Source: Syntrophaceae bacterium (GTDB lineage: Bacteria > Desulfobacterota > BSN033 > UBA1163). Taken from it: a stretch of 64,000 nucleotides of DNA. Positions 10,517 through 20,765 of this stretch are shown here, one piece after another (the stretch's first letter is position 1; each line of letters begins with the position of its first letter). The position numbers and the translations under genes are program-made. The DNA is taken from contig JACAEX010000020.1 of the NCBI GenBank assembly GCA_013388635.1, forward strand, positions 5,826 to 69,825. Reading direction: 5' to 3'. The notes beneath the pieces are model-generated. The model worked only from the letters and a program-made list of their open reading frames with translations, was not told where the DNA came from and ran no database searches.

Positions 10517-11353
10517 ATGGGAAAAAAGGGGGTCGATAAACGATTTGAATTTGGGAAGAACTGGCGGAGATTTCTTTCGATATTGGATGAAGAACGAATC
10601 ATGGAGGCGCAAAAGTCGCTAAAGAGGATGCTGGATGTTGATCATTTGAACGGAAAATCATTTCTGGATATCGGTTGTGGAAGTGGTTTGTTCTCGCTTG
10701 CTGCAAGGCGCTTAGGAGCAAAAGTGCATTCTTTCGATTATGATCCACTTTCTGTGGCCTGCACTGAAGAGCTGAAGAGGCGTTATTTCCCCGACGATCC
10801 AAACTGGAGTGTTGAGCGAGGTGACGTCTTGGATAAAGCGTATCTCGAATCATTGGGGCAATTTGACATCGTTTACGCCTGGGGCGTGCTTCACCATACA
10901 GGGGCGATGTGGCAGGCAATGGAAAATGTGGCGCAGTTGGTCAACCCGGGAGGCAAACTGTTTATATCGATTTACAATGATCAAGGGAATGCAAGCAGTC
11001 GTTGGACAATGCTAAAAAAATTCTATAATCAAGCCCCCAACCCTATAAAAAGTACAATCGTTTTATCTCTTGGATGTCTTTGGGTAATTCGTTCTTCTTT
11101 GATCAAAGTAATTAATTTTCAGAATCCTCTTCCTTTTAAAGAATGGAATGAGAAGAAAAAAAACAGAGGAATGTCTTTTTGGCATGACCTTGTGGATTGG
11201 GTTGGCGGCTATCCCTTTGAAGTGGCCAAGCCTGAGGGTGTGTTTAATTTCTATTACAAAAGAGGATTTGAACTCACAAAACTAAAAACCTGTGGGGGAG
11301 GGCTTGGCTGTAATGAATTTGTTTTTGTACAAAAACCTAAACCACTGAGTTAA
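10517..11353 (+). CDS. class I SAM-dependent methyltransferase (UbiG-like fold)
   Basis: FLDIGCGSGLFS, FDIVYAWGVLHHTG, DWVGGYPFE. Confidence 0.88.
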   Translation: MGKKGVDKRFEFGKNWRRFLSILDEERIMEAQKSLKRMLDVDHLNGKSFLDIGCGSGLFSLAARRLGAKVHSFDYDPLSVACTEELKRRYFPDDPNWSVERGDVLDKAYLESLGQFDIVYAWGVLHHTGAMWQAMENVAQLVNPGGKLFISIYNDQGNASSRWTMLKKFYNQAPNPIKSTIVLSLGCLWVIRSSLIKVINFQNPLPFKEWNEKKKNRGMSFWHDLVDWVGGYPFEVAKPEGVFNFYYKRGFELTKLKTCGGGLGCNEFVFVQKPKPLS

Positions 11354-11361
11354 GTGTAAAA

Positions 11362-12561
11362 ATGAAGGTTTTGATGGTCATTTCACAATTTTACCCGATT
11401 ATTGGCGGAGCTGAGAAGCAATCTTTACTCTTGGCACAGAAATTGGTCGAAAAGGGTATGGGTGTTCAAATAGTGACAGGTTGGTGGAAATGGGGGACTC
11501 CGCAAAGAGAAATTATTAATGGTATACCAGTAATTAGAAATTTTACATTCTGGGGTATGTTTGGCATAAAAGGCCTCCGTACCCTGGGGGCACTTATTTA
11601 TATGGGGAGTCTTGGGGTCTATCTTCTCCTAAATGGGCGAACCTACGATCTTATCCACGTGCATCAAGTTTTATTTCCTGCTTTTGTTTCTGTTTTTATA
11701 GGAAAAAAGTTCCTCAGGAAAAATGTTATAGTGAAAAATTCAGTTTCCGGCCTAATAAGCGACATAAAACAGTTAAAAAAGTTTCCTCTCGGTAGCTTAC
11801 AGTTGAAATATCTAATTAAGAAAATAGATTGTATAGTAACCGTAAGTGCTGATGCAGAGAATGAATTTAAAAGCATCGGTTATCCTGAATCGAGAATAAT
11901 GTATATTCCTAACGGTGTCTCGGTCCCGTTGAAAGGAAAAAATAATTATGACAGAGTCGTTCAAGTCCTCACTGTAGGCAGGTTGGATAACCAAAAAGGG
12001 ATTGATGTTTTGCTTAAAGCTTGGGCAAGCGTTGTGGATGTTGAGAAGGGCCTGAAGCTTCTTGTGTTGGGCAGTGGGCCTCAGAAAGCAGAGCTTAAAA
12101 AGCTTACCGCATCTTTAGGTGTTAGCCATTCAGTAGAATTTAAGGGTTTGGTTCATAATACTGAGGATTACTTTAGTAGTGCTGATATTTTCGTTCTCCC
12201 TTCAAGGGCGGAAGGTTTATCAAATGCACTTCTGGAAGCAATGAGCTATGGAACACCTTGTGTTGCTACAAAAGTTGGGGGAACTACTGAAGTTTTTGGT
12301 TTGAATCCTGAGACTAATATTAAAAGAGGAGGATATGCGGTCGCTAGGAATGGGGTGGCCGTTAATCCAGATGATGTCAAAGGTCTTTCAGAAGGAATTC
12401 TTTATCTAGTTGGGAATAAAGGCGCAAGAGAAGAGATCGGAAAAAGAGCCCGCATATTTATAAAGGAAAATTATTCAATAGATTTGATAGCTGAAAAATA
12501 TATTGAGCTCTATCAAAATATACTGAAGTCGAAACCTTTTTGGATTATGAAACGCCATTGA
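11362..12561 (+). CDS. GT4 glycosyltransferase
   Basis: GGAEKQ, GRLDNQKG, PSRAEGLSNALLEAM. Confidence 0.9.
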   Translation: MKVLMVISQFYPIIGGAEKQSLLLAQKLVEKGMGVQIVTGWWKWGTPQREIINGIPVIRNFTFWGMFGIKGLRTLGALIYMGSLGVYLLLNGRTYDLIHVHQVLFPAFVSVFIGKKFLRKNVIVKNSVSGLISDIKQLKKFPLGSLQLKYLIKKIDCIVTVSADAENEFKSIGYPESRIMYIPNGVSVPLKGKNNYDRVVQVLTVGRLDNQKGIDVLLKAWASVVDVEKGLKLLVLGSGPQKAELKKLTASLGVSHSVEFKGLVHNTEDYFSSADIFVLPSRAEGLSNALLEAMSYGTPCVATKVGGTTEVFGLNPETNIKRGGYAVARNGVAVNPDDVKGLSEGILYLVGNKGAREEIGKRARIFIKENYSIDLIAEKYIELYQNILKSKPFWIMKRH

Positions 12562-12610
12562 GGTGTAGGTTTCGCTCTATTTATATTTGTGGTTAAAGTT
12601 CTCCTTAGAA

Positions 12611-13795
12611 ATGAAAGTTCTCATGGTTATATCACAATTTTATCCAATGATTGGAGGGGTGGAGAAGCAAGCTCAACTTCTCGCAGAAAAATTCATTGAG
12701 AAAGGCCTCGAAGTCCAAATAGTGACAGGTTGGTGGAAATGGAAAACCACAAGAAAAGAAATTGTTAACGGAGTTCCTGTTTTTAGGAATTTTTCATTTT
12801 GGGGTGCGGAGGGAAAGAAGGTTCATCGAACTATTGGTTTAATCGGAGGCTTAGTTTACACGATCAGTCTCAGCGTTTACATTTTTATTCATAGACGAGA
12901 GTTTGACATCCTCCAAGTCCATCAAGCCCTGTATCCTGCTTTTATTTCGGTTCTTGTTGGAAAGAGACTTCTAAAGAAACCGGTCTTGGTTAAGACTGCA
13001 AGCTCTGGGTTAACAAGTGACATAAAACGGCTGAGAAAATACCCGGTCGGTGGTTTTCAACTTAGATACTTACTTAAGAACCAGGATGGATTGGTCGCAA
13101 ACAGTCGGGCAGGAGCAGAGGAGTTTAAAGAGATCGGATATCCGGAATCGCAGATCGCATATATCCCAAATGGGATTAAAATTCCCCACAAAGGTAAGAA
13201 TGCTTATGAAGGGATAGAAAAGGTTCTGACGATCGCACGATTCAGTTACGAAAAGGGAGTCGATGTCTTGCTCAAAGCATGGGCTCAGGTGATTCAAGAA
13301 GAGAAAAGGCTGAGGCTCTTAATCGTTGGAAGTGGTTCTCAGGAAAGTGAGCTCAAAAGCCTTTCGCACTCCTTGGGGATCGATGAATGCGTTGATTTCG
13401 TCGGTCTGGTTCCAGATGCATCACCGTATATAGAGCGGGCCGACCTCTTTGTATTACCCTCCAGGTCTGAAGGGATGTCCAATGCTTTACTGGAAGCCAT
13501 GAGTTACGGATTACCATGTGTTGCAACCCGAGTTGGCGGAAACCGTGAGTTACTTGGAGGAGAGCATGAAGAGATCTTAAGAGGTGATTATGCAACTGGT
13601 GAGAACGGCATTCTTGTCAATCCGGACGATCCGAAAGGGCTCTGCGGGGCCATTCTATATTTCGTGCGGAACCAAAGCCTCAGAGAAAGGATGGGAGTGA
13701 AGGGGAGGGAATTTGTTATGAAGAATTACTCTATTGACCAGGTGGCCGAAAGATATATTGCGCTATATCGATCTATCCTGGAGAAAAGATCGTGA
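12611..13795 (+). CDS. GT4 glycosyltransferase (tandem paralog of 11362-12561)
   Basis: Same N-terminus MKVLMVISQFYP; PSRSEGMSNALLEAM; start ATG 12611. Confidence 0.9.
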   Translation: MKVLMVISQFYPMIGGVEKQAQLLAEKFIEKGLEVQIVTGWWKWKTTRKEIVNGVPVFRNFSFWGAEGKKVHRTIGLIGGLVYTISLSVYIFIHRREFDILQVHQALYPAFISVLVGKRLLKKPVLVKTASSGLTSDIKRLRKYPVGGFQLRYLLKNQDGLVANSRAGAEEFKEIGYPESQIAYIPNGIKIPHKGKNAYEGIEKVLTIARFSYEKGVDVLLKAWAQVIQEEKRLRLLIVGSGSQESELKSLSHSLGIDECVDFVGLVPDASPYIERADLFVLPSRSEGMSNALLEAMSYGLPCVATRVGGNRELLGGEHEEILRGDYATGENGILVNPDDPKGLCGAILYFVRNQSLRERMGVKGREFVMKNYSIDQVAERYIALYRSILEKRS

Positions 13796-13796
13796 G

Positions 13797-15779
13797 ATGT
13801 GCGGGATTTGTGGGGCGATAGATCTTAGAAGAAAGGGAGTAAGGGCACAGGTCATAGATCGGATGTGTGAGGTACTGGCGCATCGAGGCCCGGATGATGA
13901 GGGGATGGTCTTTTTTCGGGATGGAAAGGCTTTGGAAGTGAAAGAATCCACTCTAATAGTTTTAGCCCAAGGTGGTTTTGAGGTAGGGTTGGGCCATCGA
14001 CGCCTCGCTATCATCGATCTCTCAGAGGCGGCCCATCAACCGATGGCCAATGAGGATGGCCAGATCTGGATCGTCTATAATGGGGAAATCTATAATTTTC
14101 AGGACCTTAGAACCTCATTAGAAAAAAAGGGGCACATCTTCAAATCGAGATCGGACACGGAAGTAATCCTCCATGCCTATGAGGAGTGGGGAGTAGAATG
14201 TCTCAAAGAATTGAGGGGTATGTTTGCCTTTGCCATCTGGGATTCCAACCGAAAGCGGTTGCTCATGGCTCGCGACCGATTGGGGAAGAAGCCTTTGGTC
14301 TATTTTTACCAGGATGGTCGATTTGCCTTCGCTTCGGAGATAAAGGCGCTTCTTCAGATCTCGTGGGTCGAAAGAAAGGTGAATCCACTGGCCATCCACC
14401 ATTATTTAACTTACCAGTATGTCCCATCTCCAGAAAGCATATTCGAAGGAATAAAGAAACTTCCTCCTGCCCATTATCTTCTTTACGATTCCAATGGCAA
14501 CCTTAAGATAGAGAGTTATTGGAGGCTAAATTACAATTACCAGGAAAAAAGAAAGGACGATGTTGAAACGCTCTGTGGGATTATACGGGAAAAGCTTGAG
14601 GAATCGGTGAAGCTCCGACTCATCAGTGATGTACCCCTGGGTGCTTTTCTGAGCGGAGGGATCGATTCGAGCATTGTCGTTGGACTCATGGCCGAAAATG
14701 GAGGACGGCGTGTTAAAACCTTCTCGATTGGTTTTGAGGAGCAGGAATTTAACGAACTCGAATATGCAAGAATCGTCTCTATCCATTTCGGAACTGACCA
14801 TCATGAATTTGTGGTGAAGCCAGATGCAATCGAGATCTTACCCAAGCTGGTCTGGTACTACAATGAACCCTTTGGGGATTCATCAGCCATCCCCACGTAT
14901 TATATGGCTCAGATGACTAAGGATTTCGTAAAGGTTGTTTTGACAGGGGATGCTGGCGATGAGAATTTTGCAGGCTACCCCCGGTATCTTCGGAGCAAAT
15001 ATGTTTGGTGGTTCAGCAGGCTTCCCGATAGCTTACGAAAAGGGTTTTTGCCTTCCTCTCTGAAAATTCTTGCCCAGTTGCCTTATAAACGAAAGACTTT
15101 AAACCGCCTGACTGATTTCATGGAAACGTTGTCGTCTCACCAGGGGCGAAATTATGCCGAGCAGATAAAGATTTTCAACGAAAAGGAGAGAGACGACGTT
15201 TATTCAGAAGAGTTTTCACGACAGGTTGGGAAAATCGACCCCTTTGACTATCTGATCAAGAAATATGACGAAAGGGATACTGATGACCTGTTAGAAAAAC
15301 TCCTTTATCTTGATATGACAACTTATCTTCCCGAGGACCTTCTCGTCAAGGTGGATATTGCGACCATGGCGAATTCCCTGGAGGCGAGGGTCCCCTTTCT
15401 TGACCATCAATTCATGGAGCTGGTTGCCGGAATACCTTCGCATCTGAAGCTGAAAGGGTCCGTTACCAAGTTCATCCTAAAGGAGAGTTTTTCCAACTTC
15501 CTTCCTCGTTCAATTTTGAAGAGAAAGAAGATGGGATTCGGCGTTCCAATCTCAAGATGGTTCAGAAAGGAGTTAAAAGACTACGTGTATCAAATTCTAA
15601 TGGAAAAAAAGGCGTTGAACCGGGGGTACTTTAAAAGAGAGGGCATTGCACGCCTGCTCGAAGAACACGAATCGCTCCGCTACGATCACTCGGCAAAGAT
15701 CTGGGCCCTGCTCGTATTGGAAATATGGTTCAGGGTCTTTATCGATAGGGAAGGAGATTTTGCCCTTTATGGCGGATGA
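13797..15779 (+). CDS. asnB: asparagine synthase (glutamine-hydrolysing)-family amidotransferase, probably glycan-modifying
   Basis: N-terminal MCGICG (Ntn Cys), HRGPD, NGEIYN, LSGGIDSS. Confidence 0.92.
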   Translation: MCGICGAIDLRRKGVRAQVIDRMCEVLAHRGPDDEGMVFFRDGKALEVKESTLIVLAQGGFEVGLGHRRLAIIDLSEAAHQPMANEDGQIWIVYNGEIYNFQDLRTSLEKKGHIFKSRSDTEVILHAYEEWGVECLKELRGMFAFAIWDSNRKRLLMARDRLGKKPLVYFYQDGRFAFASEIKALLQISWVERKVNPLAIHHYLTYQYVPSPESIFEGIKKLPPAHYLLYDSNGNLKIESYWRLNYNYQEKRKDDVETLCGIIREKLEESVKLRLISDVPLGAFLSGGIDSSIVVGLMAENGGRRVKTFSIGFEEQEFNELEYARIVSIHFGTDHHEFVVKPDAIEILPKLVWYYNEPFGDSSAIPTYYMAQMTKDFVKVVLTGDAGDENFAGYPRYLRSKYVWWFSRLPDSLRKGFLPSSLKILAQLPYKRKTLNRLTDFMETLSSHQGRNYAEQIKIFNEKERDDVYSEEFSRQVGKIDPFDYLIKKYDERDTDDLLEKLLYLDMTTYLPEDLLVKVDIATMANSLEARVPFLDHQFMELVAGIPSHLKLKGSVTKFILKESFSNFLPRSILKRKKMGFGVPISRWFRKELKDYVYQILMEKKALNRGYFKREGIARLLEEHESLRYDHSAKIWALLVLEIWFRVFIDREGDFALYGG

Positions 15780-17670
15780 AGGAAAAGGATCGGCCCGCCC
15801 CATCAATTTTGAATTCCAGATCAGGAGACGATTTCCCAGGGCCCTGACCGCCTGCCTTGTCCTCGCACTCGTTGTGAGCCTCCTCTATTTCAATTCCCTC
15901 GGAAACCAATTTACGAACTGGGATGACTCGATGATTTATGAGAATCCCCAGATCAGAAGTTTAAGCTGGGAGAACATATCGAAGATATTCAAATTCGATA
16001 AAGGGGGAACCTACCAACCCGTCCGGGTGTTGAGCTATGCAGTCGATTATCAGTTCTGGAAGCTTAACCCAACCGGTTACCACATCACGAACACCCTCCT
16101 TTATATGCTCACGTGCGTCATAATTTTTTTTACGATTTCACATCTTTCAGCCAGTCTTAGAGATCAAGCCCCACCCGAATCCCATGAAAGAGTTGGGCTC
16201 TTTGGATCCCTTCTCTTTGCAGTCCACCCGGTGCACGTGGAGGCAGTTACCTGGCTTGCTGCGCGAAAGGAGGTCTTACAGGGTTTCTTTTTCTTTCTTG
16301 CCTTTCATCTTTACTTGAAAGGGAGGAAGGAGGAAGGAGGAAAGAGATTTCTCTATCTTGGGCTGACCCTTTTTGTCTTTCTCCTTGCCACGCTTTCAAA
16401 ACCCTCTGCCATCGTATTTCCTGCAGTGATTCTTGTCTATGAGATCTCTGTCAGTAGAAAAAGATGGCTCGACTTCATAAAGAGGCACTGGGTCTTTATC
16501 GGCGTTTGCATCGGGCTTTCAATCTTTTTCAGTTTGGTCGTGTTGAAGGTGATGTTCGAAGCGGGCGGGATCAAACCCTATCGCGGAGGTACCTTTTTTA
16601 ATAACCTGGTGATCAGTTTTTATGCTTTTCTTTATAATATCAAGCTATTACTCTTTACAATAAACTATTCAGCGGCCTACACCATCCCTGTCACCAATCC
16701 CATTCTAAGCCTCCGGACCTTCGTCTTCATCGGGATTACGCTTATTATCTTTGGATTGAGCCTCTGGTCACTGAGGCGCATGAAAGTTATCTTCTTTTGC
16801 TTCTTTTTCTTTCTTATAACAATCTTCCCATACCTCAATCTCATTCCCATTAGCACGCTCCTCGCGGACCGGTACGTTTTTATTGCCTCTTTTTCGTACT
16901 GCTTTCTGTTAGGAATTGGCTTTGACAGATTTTATGGCTTGAGGAGTAAGAGATTTTCGGAGAACTTCTTCAAGCTTCTCTCCGTCGCCCTTTTTCTCTT
17001 TATGCTGGCCGGGTACTCTTTTATGACGATCCGGCAGAACAGAATCTGGGAAAATAGTTATACCCTCTGGGCAGATGCTGTGGCAAAGGCTCCGGAAAGC
17101 AACAGTGCCAATGCACTCATGGGCGTGGTCTGTATGGAATTGGGAATGGATAATGAGGCAGCCAAATACCTTGAGAAGGCTGTCCAGATCCTTCCCTATG
17201 ATTACCTGTCAAGAAATAATCTTGGAATTGTCTACGGCAGGCTGGGCGAACGTGATAAGGCAATAAAGGAGTTCATGACAGCGATCTGGCTGAAACCGGA
17301 GGATAATACGATCAAGGTTAACCTCTCAGCCTTCTACCAGAGCCAGAAGGAGTATCAGAAGGCAGAGGAGGTCTTAAAGGATCTCCTGTCCAGAGATGCT
17401 AAGAATGCCTACCTTCACTATCGATTGGGCCTGCTCTACAAAGAGATGGGCCAGTATGATTCGGCCCTTTTAGAATTGACGAAATCCATGGAGCTGGCTC
17501 CCCACATCATCAACCCTTATGAAGAGCTCGGCAATATCTACGCGAGCCGACTGAGAGATGCGGAGAAAGCGAGATCATACTACACCAAGGGAATTGAAGC
17601 AGTCCCTGAGGCCAGGTCAAGAGTGGAACAGTTGAGATGGATGGTTCAGGACCTGGAAGCATACAGATAG
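15769..17670 (+). CDS. TMTC-like GT-C membrane glycosyltransferase with C-terminal TPRs
   Basis: TNWDD, YQPV, FAVHPVHVEAVTW, LSKPSA, ADRY, W..SYTLW, many TM helices, TPR tail; AAGGAG upstream of ATG 15769. Confidence 0.8.
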   Translation: MADEGKGSARPINFEFQIRRRFPRALTACLVLALVVSLLYFNSLGNQFTNWDDSMIYENPQIRSLSWENISKIFKFDKGGTYQPVRVLSYAVDYQFWKLNPTGYHITNTLLYMLTCVIIFFTISHLSASLRDQAPPESHERVGLFGSLLFAVHPVHVEAVTWLAARKEVLQGFFFFLAFHLYLKGRKEEGGKRFLYLGLTLFVFLLATLSKPSAIVFPAVILVYEISVSRKRWLDFIKRHWVFIGVCIGLSIFFSLVVLKVMFEAGGIKPYRGGTFFNNLVISFYAFLYNIKLLLFTINYSAAYTIPVTNPILSLRTFVFIGITLIIFGLSLWSLRRMKVIFFCFFFFLITIFPYLNLIPISTLLADRYVFIASFSYCFLLGIGFDRFYGLRSKRFSENFFKLLSVALFLFMLAGYSFMTIRQNRIWENSYTLWADAVAKAPESNSANALMGVVCMELGMDNEAAKYLEKAVQILPYDYLSRNNLGIVYGRLGERDKAIKEFMTAIWLKPEDNTIKVNLSAFYQSQKEYQKAEEVLKDLLSRDAKNAYLHYRLGLLYKEMGQYDSALLELTKSMELAPHIINPYEELGNIYASRLRDAEKARSYYTKGIEAVPEARSRVEQLRWMVQDLEAYR

Positions 17671-17695
17671 AAAGCGTCTGTCGGTTGATGATTGA

Positions 17696-17961
17696 GGTAA
17701 TGAGGCCCGTATCGTTAGTCAAAGGTTACGTTTATCGTCTTTTAATGCTGGATCGACATATGAGACGTTACCCTTACCGATCTGCGAAACAGGCCTCTTA
17801 ACCGTAACCCAAATTATGTTAGGAGTGCCATAAATAAAAAGTCATTGGTTTAAAGGTTAGGGTAACGATGCCGGTTTCGTGGAAGGGTTATGTGGTTGGT
17901 CTTTAAATCTTTTAGCCGTTACCCTTTGACTCTTTACCAAACTGGCTTCCTAACCCTAACC
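17696..17961. repeat. two palindromic intergenic repeat units (arm consensus about GGTTACGAGGCCCGTTTCG)
   Basis: Inverted arms at 17696-17715/17784-17803 and 17855-17880/17938-17961. Confidence 0.65.
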
Positions 17962-17994
17962 CAAAGACCATTTTCTTAAAACGAGTTATCGCCT

Positions 17995-18753
17995 ATGCTG
18001 ACTATTGCTTCGATCATTTTTGGGGCTATTGTTGGAAGTTTCTTGAATGTCTGCATCTGGAGGCTTCCTAAGGGAGAGTCCATCGTCAGCCCGGGTTCCC
18101 ATTGTCCCCACTGCAGTCATCCGATCAGATTTTACGACAATATCCCCTTGATCAGTTACCTCCTATTGGGTGGAAGATGTCGTCACTGTAAAGGATCGAT
18201 CTCTGCCCAATACCCTCTGGTCGAAGGGGTGACAGCGCTTAGCTCCCTTCTGCTCTTCTTAAAGCACGGTTTCTCGTTCAGTTATCTCTACTATTTTGCC
18301 TTCCTAACAGGCCTGATCACAGTCACGGTGATCGATCTTTACCATCAGATCATCCCTGACGTGATCAGCATTCCTGGAATCGTCATTGGATTGTTAGGCG
18401 CATTGATCATTCCCCATATCACTTTTCTCCGTTCCCTCTTGGGAGTCCTCCTGGGTGGTGGAAGCCTTTTTCTGGTTGCTACGGCCTATCAGTGGCTCTT
18501 TAAGAGAGAAGGGATGGGTGGTGGAGATGTGAAACTCCTGGCCATGATCGGCGCCTTTTTAGGATGGGATGCAGTGATCCTGACGATCCTCCTAAGCTCT
18601 CTCATCGGGTCGATCACGGGAATCTTGGTTATTATCCTGAAGGGAAAGGATTTCAAATATGCCATCCCCTTTGGCCCGTTTCTTTCACTCGGTGCGGCGA
18701 TCTCACTCTATTCCGGGGAAGACATAGTCAGATGGTATCTTGGTGTAAGATAA
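17995..18753 (+). CDS. pilD: type IV prepilin peptidase
   Basis: GSFLNVCIWRLP, two CxxC pairs, IDL, GMGGGDVKL, IPFGPF. Confidence 0.95.
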   Translation: MLTIASIIFGAIVGSFLNVCIWRLPKGESIVSPGSHCPHCSHPIRFYDNIPLISYLLLGGRCRHCKGSISAQYPLVEGVTALSSLLLFLKHGFSFSYLYYFAFLTGLITVTVIDLYHQIIPDVISIPGIVIGLLGALIIPHITFLRSLLGVLLGGGSLFLVATAYQWLFKREGMGGGDVKLLAMIGAFLGWDAVILTILLSSLIGSITGILVIILKGKDFKYAIPFGPFLSLGAAISLYSGEDIVRWYLGVR

Positions 18754-18800
18754 GAAATATTCTCAGCAAAGAGACTCAGAGGAGGAAGTGAACTGCAATA

Positions 18801-18933
18801 TTGGAATAGTGGAATGATGGAACAATGGGAAAACAAATCTCCGGGGGAAGATGAAGTAGATTGATTGATCGCTGTGAAGTTGTAGTTTTAGATGATGTGT
18901 TTTTAATCCTATATTCCATTATTCCAACATTCC
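18801..18933. repeat. inverted octamer repeat arrays (TGGAATRR / ATTCCA)
   Basis: ttggaatagtggaatgatgg ... attccattattccaacattcc; related half copy near 22149. Confidence 0.55.
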
Positions 18934-18949
18934 GGTCATAAGGTGTCAG

Positions 18950-20680
18950 ATGAAGAACAGTTGGTTATTTAAAAAACTGCATTTAAGCCTCAGGGTGGAA
19001 GTTATTATCAATATTTCTCTGCTCATGCTGGCTGCGATCCTCCTGATCGGCTTTGTGATTTCCAAGATCAACGAGAACAATATGATCGAGGAGAGGACAA
19101 GAAATGGAGAAGGGGTGGTTCAGGACTTTCAAGCGATCATCGACTACATGGTCAGGGATAAGAAGGAGATTTCATTGAACCACCCGTCTGTGAAGAAAGA
19201 GGTCCAGGATTTTGCCCGAATTTATACAAAGGCAAGAAGGTTTCACGATCTCATAATCACGGATCGAGAGATGAGGGTGGTTGCAAGCAAAAAGGGGGAT
19301 GGGGTTGATCAACAATACTTCGATGATCTTCTTAAAAAATCGATTCAGTCAGGGGAGTTGAATACCAAAATCGAAAAAACAGGAGGGCTCTTATCCACCC
19401 ATTATAAGAAATTGATCCTCTCTGCTCCGTTATGGGTTCACGAAAAGATCGAAGGCGGCATTTTAGTTAAGATCTCTTTGACAGATGTAGCCATGCATCT
19501 GCTCACCTGGCAGAAAACGATTCTGATTTCATTGATTTTGGATGCGATTGTCCTGATCGCCTTCGGAAGCTTCCTCCTCTCTCGCATCCTGGTCAAGCCC
19601 ATGAAAGATCTCGTCCGATTGACACAGAAGATCAGTGAGGGCGATTTCAGTCAGACCATAGAGGTTACGTCGAAGAATGAGATCGGACAGCTGATCTCCT
19701 CCTTCAACCGCATGATCGAGAGATTGAGAGAGAAGCAGGAGAGCATCGAAAGTTATTTGAAATCCCTCGAGCTGGCCAACAAGAAGCTGAAGGAAGCCCA
19801 GGAAGAGCTGATCCGCACTGAAAAGCTGGCTTCCATCGGAAGGTTTGCAGCAGGGGTGGCTCACGAAGTCGGAAATCCGCTCGGAGCGATTCTCGGATAC
19901 ACCAGCATCTTAGAAAAGGAAGGCGTCAAACCTGAAGAGGCGAAAGACTACTTAAGACGAATCGAAAAGGAGATCGAGCGGATCAACCGGATTGTTCGAG
20001 AGCTTCTGGATTTCTCAAGACCCTCGAAGTCTGAGATCCAGGAGATCGAAGTCAATAAGGTGATCGAAAATACACTTTCATTACTCTCATACCAGAAAAA
20101 TTTCAAAAATATCAAGACTGATTTAGACCTTCAGACCGATCTACCCCGGATCAAAGGGGATGAATCTCAACTCTCCCAGGTCTTCATCAACATCATTTTG
20201 AATGCTGTGGATGCAATGCCGGAGGGTGGGGCGCTAAGAATCAGGACCGAGGACATCGTCGTCGAAGATCTGCTCGAAGAGGAGCTCCAGCAGTTTTACC
20301 CCAGAAGGCGTAAAGACGATCCACTCGACTCCGACTATTCCCGGCTGAGAAAGCCCGACCCTCTTTCCGCTATCCTTTCAAAATTTTCAAAGGGTGAACG
20401 ACTGGTCAAGATAAGAATTTCTGACACGGGGACAGGGATCCCCCAGGAAAATCTGGAGAGGATTTTTGATCCCTTCTTTACCACCAAAGATCCTGACAAG
20501 GGCACGGGCCTTGGCCTGTCGATCTGCCTGAGGATTGTCGAATCGATGGGCGGAAGAATAAGGGTTGAAAGCGAGGTCGGAAAAGGCTCGACGTTCGAGA
20601 TTTATCTGCCCACATTTGATGCGGGAAGTAGCCTAACAGTTAAGGTGACGACGCCCGTTTCGTCAGGCGTCAACCGGTAA
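18950..20680 (+). CDS. sensor histidine kinase (2 TM, HAMP, HisKA, HATPase), PilS2-like position
   Basis: [32 protein letters not shown]; follows pilD. Confidence 0.9.
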   Translation: MKNSWLFKKLHLSLRVEVIINISLLMLAAILLIGFVISKINENNMIEERTRNGEGVVQDFQAIIDYMVRDKKEISLNHPSVKKEVQDFARIYTKARRFHDLIITDREMRVVASKKGDGVDQQYFDDLLKKSIQSGELNTKIEKTGGLLSTHYKKLILSAPLWVHEKIEGGILVKISLTDVAMHLLTWQKTILISLILDAIVLIAFGSFLLSRILVKPMKDLVRLTQKISEGDFSQTIEVTSKNEIGQLISSFNRMIERLREKQESIESYLKSLELANKKLKEAQEELIRTEKLASIGRFAAGVAHEVGNPLGAILGYTSILEKEGVKPEEAKDYLRRIEKEIERINRIVRELLDFSRPSKSEIQEIEVNKVIENTLSLLSYQKNFKNIKTDLDLQTDLPRIKGDESQLSQVFINIILNAVDAMPEGGALRIRTEDIVVEDLLEEELQQFYPRRRKDDPLDSDYSRLRKPDPLSAILSKFSKGERLVKIRISDTGTGIPQENLERIFDPFFTTKDPDKGTGLGLSICLRIVESMGGRIRVESEVGKGSTFEIYLPTFDAGSSLTVKVTTPVSSGVNR

Positions 20681-20746
20681 CGTAAAAAGAGTCAAAAAAG
20701 ACAGACGTAGCCTTTTATTAACGATACGGGCCTCGTAACCGTAACC
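20644..20746. repeat. palindromic repeat unit (same family as 17696-17961)
   Basis: ggtgacgacgcccgtttcgt ... acgatacgggcctcgtaacc. Confidence 0.65.
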
Positions 20747-20765
20747 TAAGACCGAGGAGGGTAAA

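Noticed and set aside
17696..17961. CRISPR array
   Set aside because: Repeats are inverted and degenerate, not regularly spaced direct repeats; no cas genes
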